Assembly (NCBI GenBank): GCA_028534125.1
Contig: CM052822.1
Location: forward strand, 73,532,001 to 73,596,000
DNA from: Lama glama
Taxonomy: Eukaryota
Direction: 5' to 3'
DNA: 64,000 nt
Every line of letters starts with the position of its first letter. Position 1 is the first letter of the stretch. The notes beneath the pieces were generated by a model, which saw nothing but the letters and a program-made list of their open reading frames with translations, was not told the origin of the DNA and ran no database searches. Shown here piece after piece: positions 49,261 to 60,582 of the stretch. The translations under genes were made by a program, and so were the position numbers.

Positions 49261-52200
49261 ATAACCAGGAAATTTCTGAAAAAAAGCAGAGTATTGACAA
49301 GGACACCAGCCCTCCCAGATATTTAAAAATAGTATAAATATAAAGTCACAAATTGAAAGGCAGAAATGAAAGCAATAGTGCTGGCACATGACAAGACTGA
49401 CAAATCAATGGAAGAAAATGAGGGTCCAGAAATAAATTGATAAACATGGCAAATCAAGTCCACAAGGAAAAAATGAATAAAGGCAATGAACAGTGTTGAG
49501 ACTCTCTCCTGGCAACCAAATAAATGCCAGATGGATCAGAGATTTAACAAATTTAAATGAAACTATAAATGTACCAGAAGAAAATATAGGGGAATTAAAA
49601 AAACTGATCTTGTAATGGGGAAGGTCTAACTAAGGGGGTGAGGGAAGAAATCCAGCAGCGATGATGATAAAGTTTGACAAATTTGAATTTCCTGCAAGGC
49701 AAAAAAAAAAAAAAAGTAAAGAAAAAAGATAAAGGAAAAACAGGGAAAATGATTTGCAGCTCATAGACACAGAGCTCAGCAACAAGATAAGAACAACACA
49801 CCTAGGTAAATGGCAAAGGAGGCAAGCAGGCAATTCATCAAAGAAGTAGAAGTGATTTTTCTGCATGAAAAGATGCTTCAGAACATTTATAATCAGAGAA
49901 AGCAAATTGAAACAACAATGTAACTTCATTATTACCTATTATATTAGCAAAGATCAAAACTGATGAGACTGTAGTGGACACGTCTCTTAGTAGACACAGT
50001 CAATGTCCACGCGTTGCCTCTTGGTCTGAGTACTTCCATGCCCACCTGCCGACTTCAAACTGCCAACACCATCTTTAAGCCCTGTGCAAAGGCTGGAGGT
50101 GCTATCAGGAAATTATTGTCATCAGCACTCTTCAACCAAGGACTGAAGGGATTTTGTATGTAAATGCTCCCAGAGTTTCTCCAGCTCCAGTCACTCATAG
50201 AGTGGATGGCTTGCACTTCCGCCTTGATCATGAAAAATGCGTGCCCTGGGCAGCCTTCTGACCCCAGAGAAGAAACATGACCTGGAGCCAAGTTGGGCCA
50301 AACCTAGGCTAGTTTGGCCAAACCTCAGCGGAAGCAGAGTTATATGAGCAAAAAAAAAAAAAAAAAAAGTTCATTTTAAGTCAGGGTTTTCAGGTGTCTT
50401 ATGCAGCATTAAGGTGGCATCGATGACTAATACAATGTTATTACAGACAGATCTAGTCCAGTGTGACATACAGGTTCTGTTTCTGCATTAGTGTTAATTG
50501 ATGACACTTGCATCACTGCCAGCTCTTCCTGTTGCAAACAGTAAGCATCCCTGTAATACGTCTTCGTGCAAATGCGCTGGAACTCCGCTGGCATGTATGT
50601 GTCCGTGTAGAGAGTGGAGCTGTGGGTGATGCTTACTTTCAGCATTACCAGATACTGCCAACTTCCCCTCCAAAGCAACTGTTTCCATTTACACTCCTAC
50701 CAACCTTGTCTGAATTCCTGGACTTCATTTATTATTCAGCCTTTTAAATTTTTCAATCAGATAATGTGTGTGAAATGGTATCTTGTTTTAAGTTGCATTT
50801 TCCTAATAACTGGTGATGCTGATTCTCTTTTTTCTGTTTGTTGATTGTTCATTTGGGTTTCAGCTTCTCTAATTTGCCTGTTCATATTGTTTGCTTGCTT
50901 TTCTATTAGGGGTTTTTTTTTGATCTTTTTCTTATTGATCTATAGAATTTCTTTATCAATTTTAGCTACAAGTCCCCCTAATCCTTGGGAATCTAGTTCC
51001 AGGAAGAGAGAGGGAAGAAGATGGTGTGTGTGGGGTGGGGTTGGGGGCAGTGAGGTCAGACAGCCCCATCTCTTCTACTGCTCTTCACAATCATTGTTAA
51101 GAAAATGAAAAGCTAACCACAAATTAGGAGAAAATATTTATAATACATATAACTGTCAAAGGGCTTCCACCCTGAATATATAAAGGACTGAATAAAATAC
51201 AAATCTATAAAGAATATAAAGAATTCAACAGTAAGACAAACCCAATTTTTAAAAGCAGGCAAGTAATGTGAACCCACACTTCACAAAAGAAGACATACAA
51301 ATGGCAAGTAAGCACACAGTAGCATAATCAACATCATGTCATCCGGGAGTGCAAATTATAACCAGAATGAGATGTCACCACACCCATTTGAATGGCTAAG
51401 ATGAAAAAGACTGACAATACAAAGTGTTGACAAAGATTTGGAGCAACTTGAACATTGCTGCCAGGAATATAAAATGGCACAAACAGTTTGGCAGTTTCTT
51501 AAAGAGTTAAACATAATTTACCACCACTCCACCCAATCTTATTTACCAAAGATAATTGAAAATGTCAGTCCATACAAAGACTTATACAGGTATGTTCACA
51601 GCAGCTTTATTTGTGATAGCCTAAAACTGAAAACAACCCAAATCATCAACAGGGTGAATGGGTCAACAAATGGCACTGTATTCCTCTAGAGGAATTCTAC
51701 TCAGCAATAAAAAGTAATGGGTTCCTGATTCACACATCAACATGGATGAATCTCAAAAACATTGTGTTAAGTAAAAGAAGCCAGACATATAAAAACTGCA
51801 TACAGGATAGTTCCATCTATATGAAGCACTAGGAACTGTAAACCGAATCTTTCATAACAGAAGGTATAGTTACAGTTAGCTGGAGCCTAAGGTGAGAGGT
51901 TAACTGTCAAAAAGCTAGATGGATCTATTACTTTGGGGTATGTGTGGTAGAAATATCCTACATCGTGATTGTGGTGGTGGTTCTGCAGGTGAATAAATTT
52001 GTTAAAACTCATTGAAATGTGCACTTAAAATTGAGACATTTATTGTATCTAAATTATACCTGAAAAAATAGATGTATTCCTGTAGGGAGAGGTAATTAGT
52101 ATGGAACAGAAAGACATTAGAACAGAAATATAGAGCCTAGGAGTAGATCTCCAAGAACAAATCAGTGAGGAAAGGATGGACTGCAGAAGAACTGGCTCTC

Positions 52201-52900
52201 TAAATGAAAAAAAAAAAAAAGGTTAGATTTAATCTCTTTCTCAGATCACGCACAAAAGTCAAGTTCAGGTGGGTTAAAGACAGAAGCAAACATCTAGTTA
52301 TCTATGAGGTGTTTTTTCATAGGTGTCATATTTTTTCTGTGCTTTATTAGATGTTTGAAATAGTTTATATCTAAAAATATATACAAGTCATGAGGTAGTC
52401 GAAGATTTCTTTAAAAGGACACAAAAAGCACTAACCATCAAAGAAACACTGAAAAGTTGAACTTCATTGTGATGAACTGACCTCACAATACATGATTAAG
52501 AGAGAAGTTAACAGACAGATTGGGAGAGAGTATTCACAATATATATGCCTAATAAAGGATATATGTCCAGAAAATATTAACAACTCCTAACAAAAAACCC
52601 AATTGTTTTCAAAATGGGAACATTGTTGAATGAATTTACAGTGAATACTCCCCTCTTTGTTCAGGTCTTCCTAACCCTGAACATGATATGCCTGTCCACT
52701 TGTTCAGGTGTTCTTTTTGTAGTCCTATGTTTAAAAATGTATTTTTTCACATAAACTTTGTACATTTTATTAAGCTTATTCCATGACGTTTAATCTTTAT
52801 CATTAGTAAAATTTAATCTTTTCTTTATATTCGTTAAGTGGTTGTTGTTTGCATATATTTGCTTTTGATTTCTATATATTAGCATTAAATCCAGCCAGTT
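49260..52900. mobile_element. Cluster of degenerate L1M fragments (mixed orientation) with interposed LTR pieces
   Basis: L1 ORF2/3' end motifs such as cacttcacaaaagaagacatacaaatggca, gaatggctaa..aaaagactgacaatac..gtgttg and catggatgaatctcaaaaacatt. An antisense fragment lies at about 50550-50970. Confidence 0.75.
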
Positions 52901-53559
52901 TACTGAGTTCTCTTATCGTGTATAACAGTTCTTTCAGTTTATTATCTGTGTCTCCCAGTTTTGCAATCAAACCATCCTTGGTTCTAGAGTGCCTCTGGGT
53001 TAACACTGCAAAGGGACCAGCTCTGAGCCCACTATATACAGACCCCGACACAACAGTATGATTTTAGTATCACTTGTAGCTCCTCCCATCTCCTACTGTA
53101 ACATACTGTGGGACTGGGTCTCTGTGTCCTCATCTGTATGATGGAAAAATCAATAACCACCATCTCGGAGGCATGGAATCAAACAAGATTTAAAATAGCT
53201 TTGGTAAAGTGAAAAGATATATACTCTCATTGCAGGGGTCCTAGTTTTAGCCCAAGCCGGAGGACTGCACCAGCCTGGAGCTGATGGACTTGGGCACAGA
53301 GGAGGGGAGCCCGAAAAAGATGGCAAGAACTGAGATCAGTCCTGGGAAGGTGAGCAGGGAGGACTGCCCAAGGCCCAGTGGTGTCCCAGCAGAGGCCCTT
53401 GAATTTGTCTTACTGTAGCAGTGGAAAGAAGCTCAAGGTAGCCTGTGAAGCAAGAGCTGGGTTAGTGCCCAGGTGGGACCAGCGCAAGGAGATAGGGACA
53501 ATTGTTTGGGGAGTCCACAGTGGTGGAAGGCATGGATGACCCCTGGGTTCTGGGAGAGG

Positions 53560-54480
53560 CCATGGGCGCATCATCGGGAATGTGCCCCATAAGACGCTTT
53601 ATGGGCTTCCTGAAATGCTGGGTGAGCCTTCAAGGCAGGAAGAGACTCCGACACATGGATCACTGCCGTCACCGTGGTCCCTTCCGTCTGCTCGTGCGAA
53701 ACGAGACCCAGGTTGCACTCGGGCAGTCAGACTCTGGTGGCGCAGAGAGGCCGGGACGGAAGGGGCCTTGGGGATCGGCTGGTGGAGAAGTATGACTGGA
53801 CTACGTCGGCCCAGAGAGCGTGCAAGTGTTCCTTCTAAGGCCTATTAAACTAGCACTACTGAGCTAATACCAAGGGACCTCGGTCAAGGAGGGAGCCGCG
53901 GCCAAGATCCGGCGGAGGAGGCGGCGTGACCCCCACCCACTTCCGGCCTCGGCCTCTTGCGCCTGCGCACTTGGTGCTGGCCGCCGGCTCGGGGAACGTA
54001 CCAACCGCGGGACGGGGGTGGGCGCGGCGCCGCGGGCTGTTGCTCCCGGAGGTGTAGCCCTTTGCGACCCGGGACCCCCCCCCCGGCTCTGCGGGGGCCT
54101 TTGGCGCCTTCGGGTACGACTCGCGGCGGCGCGGAGGTGGGTGCGGGCGGCGGCCCCTTGCTACCCGCCGCGGGGGCGCGGTCGGCCACAGCAGGAGCCG
54201 CGTCCAGCTCCACCAGCCCAGCCAGCCCGACCCCTGGCCGTAGGTGAGCCGGGGAGGGGGCGTTGTGGTCCCGCTTCACAGCTGTGGACTCGGGGGGTGC
54301 GGAGATGGCTTGCTCTGGTCTGCCCCGCTCATTGGCGGCTCAGGTGACCCCCTCCTAGCCTAGCCTCTCCTTCTCAGTGCCCTGCACCGGAAACACGAGG
54401 TGAGGCCAGAATGTACCGGACGGCGGCTCGTAACGTATCCATTGCGCACTCTGCGCCAGTAACTGTCCTTAAACACTGTT
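53560..54480 (+). promoter_or_regulatory. CpG-island promoter and non-coding exon 1 (donor at 54243/54244), probably shared by LRRC61 and ZBED10
   Basis: Very CpG-rich, with ETS CACTTCCGG (53938-53946), NRF1-like TGCGCCTGCGCA (53958-53969) and donor TAG|GTGAGC. The LRRC61 identity is inferred from synteny only; its coding exon is not in the window. Confidence 0.8.
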
Positions 54481-54727
54481 GTATGCAGACATGGACTCCC
54501 TTAATCCGTAACAAGCCAGTGAGCTGGCTGCTGTTAACCCTGTTGTATAGACCAGGAAACCGAGGCACACTAGTGCACGTAGTGCTCAGTCACAGCTGGT
54601 GATCCATCTTGTTGTTGTTCTCAAGTGTGTGCGTGTGTCATCCGTTATGAGAAGTGTAACAAACAACTTCTGATAACCAAAGTCCTGGAATTTGTGGGTG
54701 ACTTTCTTTTTACATTTCCTATTTTAG

Positions 54728-54900
54728 ATTCACGTAGATTCAAGGTTGGCGCTGCACAGTGTCCACCTCGCTGTCATCCTGACATGGTTCAGTGGAAAAG
54801 AGAGGGGTAGCATTACCGTGGGTCCCAGGGATTGCACACGATCCTGGACCTATCCCCAGGGGGCTGTCAGGAGATAAGGATCCGGAAGCAGTAGCCTAAG
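54728..54900 (+). other. Probable non-coding 5' UTR exon 2 (LRRC61/ZBED10 transcript)
   Basis: Polypyrimidine tract plus ttttAG acceptor and a strong AAG|GTAAGC donor. It contains only a short uORF (54784-54810). Confidence 0.6.
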
Positions 54901-57327
54901 GTAAGCCACCCTTCCAAGACAGAATCGAAACTCCCATGTCATAGGCCTGGTTTGCCTCTAGGTCAGCCTGAGGCCTGGCTCCAGGGTGCCTTGCCCTGGC
55001 GCTGGGAGGCATTTCCAAGTCATCCTCTCCTCCTGAGCCCGCATGCAGCCAGGCAGTTACTCATCTTTAGATTTGTGTTTCTAGGGTACAGGGCTGACTC
55101 ACGGTAGACATTTGACAAATTTTTGTTAAATGGTCAAGTGGATCAAGAGTCTCTGCAGAATATGGACAGACTGGAGGGACAAGGCAAGTTGGCGGACGGA
55201 ACAGGATTGGTGCCCTGGGGTAAACTAGCAGGTCCTCAGGTAAAGGCTTTGGGGTGTGACCTAGGCAGCAGCCTGACTTGAAGTGTTTTCCTTTTCTTTG
55301 CTCTTATCAGTGAGAGCAGGCCGGCCACGGGCCCACCTAGTTCTGTGTTCTTGGGAGCAATGAAGCCTACCGACTGCTTCTGGAGGCCCGGCGCCGGCTC
55401 TGGACCTCCACTCTGCCACTGACCATCACATTGCCGCTCTGGGTTTACGTTTCCTCAATCAAAACAAGAGTGGAGGTGAGCCCCTGTGGTTCTGATGCCT
55501 GGAGCACCTCCTGTGGGGCAGGACAGGGTCTTGCTCTTCATTTGCACCTTGACCCACAGCATCATCCACAGCACCTCCACAGTGTCACTGCCCGCAGGCC
55601 GCAGACATCGGGTTCGGTGGCAGCTGCCTGGGTGATTTCTCTTAGTTCTTCTGAGGCCCCTCTTGCTGGAAGGGGCTCCTCTGCATCATATTGTCCATGC
55701 TTCTCCATGGCCAGTTCTCACTTGAGCCACCGGTCAACAGTGAAGGCCATCCTGCCAGCCCTGGTGATCCTTCTGAATGGTTATCATTGCCTAGTGTCAG
55801 AATGTTCTGGCTCCCATCTCCTCACTTACCCTGCCCTCTGCTCTGGTCTGGAGAGACGCACACTCCCTGCTCTCAGATGTTCAGGGTGGGATCTGAGCCA
55901 CCTTCCTCTGAACCTTCTCTTTCCCTGGGACCCGTGTCCTGGCTCCCCGGCCTCCTCCTTCCTCACATTCTCTTCTTCTTTCCACACATTTCTCTTTTGT
56001 TTTCTTCATGTCTTCTTTTCTTTTGAGAGTCCTGAATTTGACCTCATCCCCGGAAGATGAATGCGGGAAAGGGAATTAAGGATTGTCCATAGGTTTAGGG
56101 TCTGAGCATCTGGGTGAACAGGTGTCCCATTTACCGAGATGGAGTTGACTGTGGGAAGAGCAGGTGAGAGGAGCCTGGGAGGGAGTTGGGAGCCAAAAGG
56201 GGCTCACAGGGGTCTGTGTGGAAATGCAGATGCAGCTCCAGTTGGGGAGGAGGTGTGGAAGTAGAACCAGGGCCTGGAAACAAGGAACCCTGGGAATCGC
56301 CATTGAGGGATGGGCAGAGACTGAAAAGGAGTCACAGGTGACAGGAAAGCCAAGAGAACGTGGTGTCCCAGGGCCTCGGGCCGCAGCATTCTAGATGGAG
56401 GGCTCGAGCAATTGCTCCAGTGCAGAGAAGTCCCCTGAGGTGGGGCCACGAGGGTCACCAGGGGGCCTCAGCTGTGTCAGTGTCAGGGACCTGCTGGGGC
56501 CGGAGCTGGAGAGGAGTGGGCTTTTGAGGAATGGGAGGTGAGAAGGTAGAAACAGCCCTTCAGGAGTTTGTCTGTGATAGGACGCTGGGGGCCTGGGTCA
56601 GTGGCATCGGGAGTGGCCCCACACTATGTGCTCCGGCAGAGGCTTAGGAAGCCTCGGGCTGCATAATCCGTGAAAACTGATCGCTGTTATCTTTTCATGG
56701 TGCCCTGGAGGTGCCAAGTACCACCTAGGGGCACAGGATGCAGAGACCGGCCACCTCCACTCGCTGCCGGCCTGCAGCTCTTCCAGGGAGACCTAGCTGT
56801 TTTCCTCATGAGTGTCTTCCTCATGGGGTCTCACAGCCCCCGCAGTGCTCCTCCACACCCTACACCTTGGCTTAAATTGTGTTGTGCATGTCTCTTATTC
56901 ACATTTGTCTTGCCCACCAGCCTGAGAGCCATGTGCATGCAGGTGCCTTGCCAACTTTATATTGTATCCATCACACAGGAACATTGCCAAATGCCTACTA
57001 GGTTCTGAGTGAACATTGAAAGAAAAGAGAGAAACCTCACTTAGTTTGGCAAAGAAGATGGACCCAGAAACCACTAACGTGCAGAGGGCTGTGGGGGTTC
57101 TGGTCCAGGGCGGCTCCGTCGGGTCTGAAGGAGTGAACATCAGGCTTCATTCACCAAGGAGGTCGGGATCTGGAGAGTTTTGTCCTGGGGCTGATTCCAT
57201 GTGGTAACTGCACCTCCATCCTCAGCTCTCTTCTCCCCTCTCCGGCCTCCCCTCCCCTCGTTGAGCTGTTCTTCTCATCTTGCCTTACAGCCTGGGCCTG
57301 TCTTCTCATTGCCCAAAGCTCCCAAGC

Positions 57328-60300
57328 ATGTTGGAAGTAGAAACGGTCAGAAAGCCCCCCAAGAAACATACCCCCTCGAGGTCAGTGGGGCAAGAGCCCC
57401 CTCTGTGTGCTGACTCTGCCGAGACCAGATCCAAGAGCCCAGCCACCACTCTGGCTTCTTCCAGCTCCAAGTTCAACACCAGAGCCACCAACACCTCTTG
57501 TGGACTTGGCTGGGATGCTGGGGGGCACCTGCCAGAGAACGAAGTCAAGCTTGAGTTTGCAGACATAGAGGAGAAGGCCGGTGGCTCCAGGAAGATCAGA
57601 GCCTCCAACTCCCAGAAGAAGAGTGAGAGGGAGCTGCCCCTGCAGAGGAAGAGACCTCGACCCCTCCCCAGAGCCTTGTCTGTCCCTTCGCCTGACCAGG
57701 CTTTCCTGGAGGAGCAGGAGGAAGGTCCCCTGGGCCCGCATGTCTGCAGCAAGAAGAGAAGGGCCTACTCCCTGGAGAGGCCTGGTCTTCACCCAGCTGT
57801 CTCTGGGGCAAATTGCCACGCCAGCCCTGGGCAGGATAAGAATAAGCCAAAGGGAGACCCTGGACCCTGTGGTCTCAAATCTGTGCTGGGGCAGGAGCCC
57901 CCGGTGCAGCCTAGGAAGAAGGTGTCCAAGCAGAAGGCATGTGGACGGAGAAAGGAGGGGGAGCCGGCAGCAAGGACATTGAGGGACCCAGTGCTCAGCT
58001 CTGGACAGGCCCCTTCCAGCCTGGTATTGGTTCAGACCAGCAGCCTGGACAGGCGAGAGGTGGGCCAGCCTGGTGAGAATGAGGTGAGGCAGACCGATGT
58101 CCTCATAGCCCGCCTGGCCAGAGAGGTGCGTCACCTCAAGAAGTGGAAGAAGAGGCATTTGCTCCCTGGCGTTGGGGAGCAGCCGCCCCTGCTGAGCCTC
58201 CAGAGGCCACTCTGCCCCAAGAAGCTGGTCAGCACCGCAGGGGTGGAGGCCAAGGGCTGGGCCCCCGGGCCGCCCCCGGGCCCCCTGGACACCACGGGCC
58301 AGAAGCCCACGCCCGACCTGAGACGATTCTTCACCACCGTCAACTACAGGAACATCTGCCGAGTCACCTGCACTCTGTGCCACGCGAGCATCAAACAGGG
58401 CAAGGTGAAGGGGCAGTCCCAGCCCTCAGGTCTGGTCCGCCACTTGGCAAGAAAGCATGGGCTGGACGTGGGGAGAAAGCCAACTGCGGCCGGCCCTGGG
58501 AGGGAGCAGGGAGGGGCTGAGAAGAAACAGAAGGGCCTCCCCGCAGGTGCCGCCGGCCAGGTCTCCCAGGGGCTCCCATCACCACGACGCTGCCCGGACG
58601 CCTCACCTCCAGAAGACGGGGAGGGGCAGGCGGCCCCAGGCAGGCCTGAGCAGTTGGTACAGGCTCTGCCCCCGCTGCCTACTCCCACCAGAGATAAACC
58701 TACTGTTGCCCCTGTGGAGGGTGGGGAGGACCAGGGTGGCCTGTATGCCCCCAACCAGCCCCGAGCACAGGCCTGGAACCACAGCATTGCCGAGTTACTC
58801 TGCAGCCTGGCCTTGCCACTTTCTTTTGTTTCATCCCCACCCTTCAGAAGATTTATGGCCCAGGTGGATCCCTGCTACCACCTGCCACCTCCAGCCTTCT
58901 TCTCTGGGAAAGCCTTGCCTCTGCTCCATGAAGCAATGGGGGAGCAGGTGCGTCAGGAAATGCGGTGGGCTAAGGGTGGCTGCGTTCACCTCAGTGTGTC
59001 CGTGGCAGCCCAGGACACAGTTGTGGACTATGTGGCTATCACTGCCCACTGGGGGGTGACACGGCCGGGTAGCCAACAGGTGGGGTCTGGAAGCCCAAGG
59101 AAGCAGGCTGTGCTCTGGGTCCGGGGCCTTCCCCTGGAGAGTGTCCTAGAGGACAGGCAGCAGGAGCTGCGGGAGCAGCTCAGCTTGTGGCTCAGCCACG
59201 GCTCCCTGAGGCCGGGCTTTCTGGTGGCGGGTGGCTGCCCCAGCCTGGAGCAGGTGGTGAGGACAGAGGGCTACATCCCTGTCCCTTGCTTTGTCCACTG
59301 CCTCGACTCTCTGGTGGGAAGCTTTCTGTGTCACCATCACAGCGTCCAGATCATCCTGGGCACGGCCAGGGCCATCTGCAGCCACTTCCAAGGCTCCGCA
59401 GAGGCCCGGCGGCTCCTCTCCCGGCTGCAGCGGCGGTGCGGTCTCCCAGCGCACCAGCCCTTTTGGGAGCTCTCAGACCACTGGGTCTCTGCCTACCGCC
59501 TGATGGAGTGGCTGGTGGAGCAGCAGCGGCCACTGCAGGAGTATGAGGAGAAACACCAGCTGGGGAAGGCGGGGACAGCCCTGTCGGCCATGTTTTGGAG
59601 CCTGACAGACAGCCTGGTCCAGCTCCTGCGGCCCTTCCAGATGGTGGTCCGGGAGGCGAGCACCACACAGGCTTCCTTGAGCCTGGTGCTGCCCCAGCTA
59701 CGCTACCTGCACATCTTCCTGGAGCAGGTTCGCGGGTACTTTGAGGAGCAGAGCGCTGGGGAGATGGGTGCAGCTGTGCGGCTGGCTGAGGGCTTGGCCC
59801 TGCAGCTGACCACAGATGGCCAGCTCACCGAGCTCTTCCACCGCGAGGAGTTTGTGCTGGCGACCCTCTTGGATCCCCGCTTCAAGGGGAGGATCGAGGC
59901 CATCCTGCCCGCGGGGGCTGACATTGACCACTGGAAGCAGGTGCTCGTGTACAAGGTAAAGGAGATCATGGTGTCGGAATACTCCTTGCCTCCCTCGCCG
60001 TCCCTGCAGAGCCCCCGGGCTGTGCGTGCGGACTCCGCCTTGAGTGGCAGAGTGGCCAGGAGCTCCGGGGCAGAGGGAAAGGACCAAGAGGACCCTGTGC
60101 AGAGAGGCAGTGCCTCTGAGTCTTTGCTGTTTGGCCAGAGGGAGAAGAGCCTGCTGGAGCAGCTGGAAAGCGTGGGGCTGCTGGCCTCCAGGAGGAGTGG
60201 TGCCTCGCTCTCCATGGAGAACCACCAGGCCAGCGTCATTGTGAAGAAGTACCTGCGCGAGAATGAGGCGGTGGGTGCCCAGGAGGACCCCCTGGCTTAC

Positions 60301-60582
60301 TGGGAGAAGAGGTGGGATGTCTGGCCAGCCCTGGCGAGACTGGCCACCATCTATCTGTCCTGCCCCCCGACGGGCACCTTCTCGGCAAGTGTCTTGGCCT
60401 CCCTGGGCAGCCGGACCATCACGGAACATGACCCCTCTCTCCCAGTGGACGCCATCCAGTATCTTCTCTTCCTGAAGACCAACCTGGAGAATTTCCCCAG
60501 CTACACCCCGCCGCCCCTTATCTTCCCCAGTGGGGACCTGGCTGATGTGGAACAGACCAGTGAGCCTGACTGCACGGTCTGA
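57328..60582 (+). CDS. ZBED10: BED zinc finger / hAT transposase-derived protein, 1084 aa, single coding exon (likely full-length ortholog of human ZBED6CL/ZBED10P)
   Basis: Uninterrupted ORF whose first ATG is at 57328 (A at -3), after acceptor ccttacAG at 57290. BED finger RRFFTT..VTCTLC..SGLVRHLARKH. hAT motifs PLSFVSSPPFRRFM..DP.Y.LP, YVAITAHW, PCFVHCL, ATLLDPRFK, and the dimerization-domain DPLAYW..WPALARLA.IYLSCPP..LLFLKTN. The symbol is assigned by synteny. Confidence 0.88.
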   Translation: MLEVETVRKPPKKHTPSRSVGQEPPLCADSAETRSKSPATTLASSSSKFNTRATNTSCGLGWDAGGHLPENEVKLEFADIEEKAGGSRKIRASNSQKKSERELPLQRKRPRPLPRALSVPSPDQAFLEEQEEGPLGPHVCSKKRRAYSLERPGLHPAVSGANCHASPGQDKNKPKGDPGPCGLKSVLGQEPPVQPRKKVSKQKACGRRKEGEPAARTLRDPVLSSGQAPSSLVLVQTSSLDRREVGQPGENEVRQTDVLIARLAREVRHLKKWKKRHLLPGVGEQPPLLSLQRPLCPKKLVSTAGVEAKGWAPGPPPGPLDTTGQKPTPDLRRFFTTVNYRNICRVTCTLCHASIKQGKVKGQSQPSGLVRHLARKHGLDVGRKPTAAGPGREQGGAEKKQKGLPAGAAGQVSQGLPSPRRCPDASPPEDGEGQAAPGRPEQLVQALPPLPTPTRDKPTVAPVEGGEDQGGLYAPNQPRAQAWNHSIAELLCSLALPLSFVSSPPFRRFMAQVDPCYHLPPPAFFSGKALPLLHEAMGEQVRQEMRWAKGGCVHLSVSVAAQDTVVDYVAITAHWGVTRPGSQQVGSGSPRKQAVLWVRGLPLESVLEDRQQELREQLSLWLSHGSLRPGFLVAGGCPSLEQVVRTEGYIPVPCFVHCLDSLVGSFLCHHHSVQIILGTARAICSHFQGSAEARRLLSRLQRRCGLPAHQPFWELSDHWVSAYRLMEWLVEQQRPLQEYEEKHQLGKAGTALSAMFWSLTDSLVQLLRPFQMVVREASTTQASLSLVLPQLRYLHIFLEQVRGYFEEQSAGEMGAAVRLAEGLALQLTTDGQLTELFHREEFVLATLLDPRFKGRIEAILPAGADIDHWKQVLVYKVKEIMVSEYSLPPSPSLQSPRAVRADSALSGRVARSSGAEGKDQEDPVQRGSASESLLFGQREKSLLEQLESVGLLASRRSGASLSMENHQASVIVKKYLRENEAVGAQEDPLAYWEKRWDVWPALARLATIYLSCPPTGTFSASVLASLGSRTITEHDPSLPVDAIQYLLFLKTNLENFPSYTPPPLIFPSGDLADVEQTSEPDCTV

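Noticed and set aside
55431-56060. 209-aa ORF
   Set aside because: Non-ATG start, low-complexity pyrimidine-rich sequence and no domain; probably intronic or L2-derived.
57280-57327. Track start (TTG) of the 1100-aa ORF
   Set aside because: It lies in the polypyrimidine tract upstream of the acceptor at 57290; the first ATG is at 57328.
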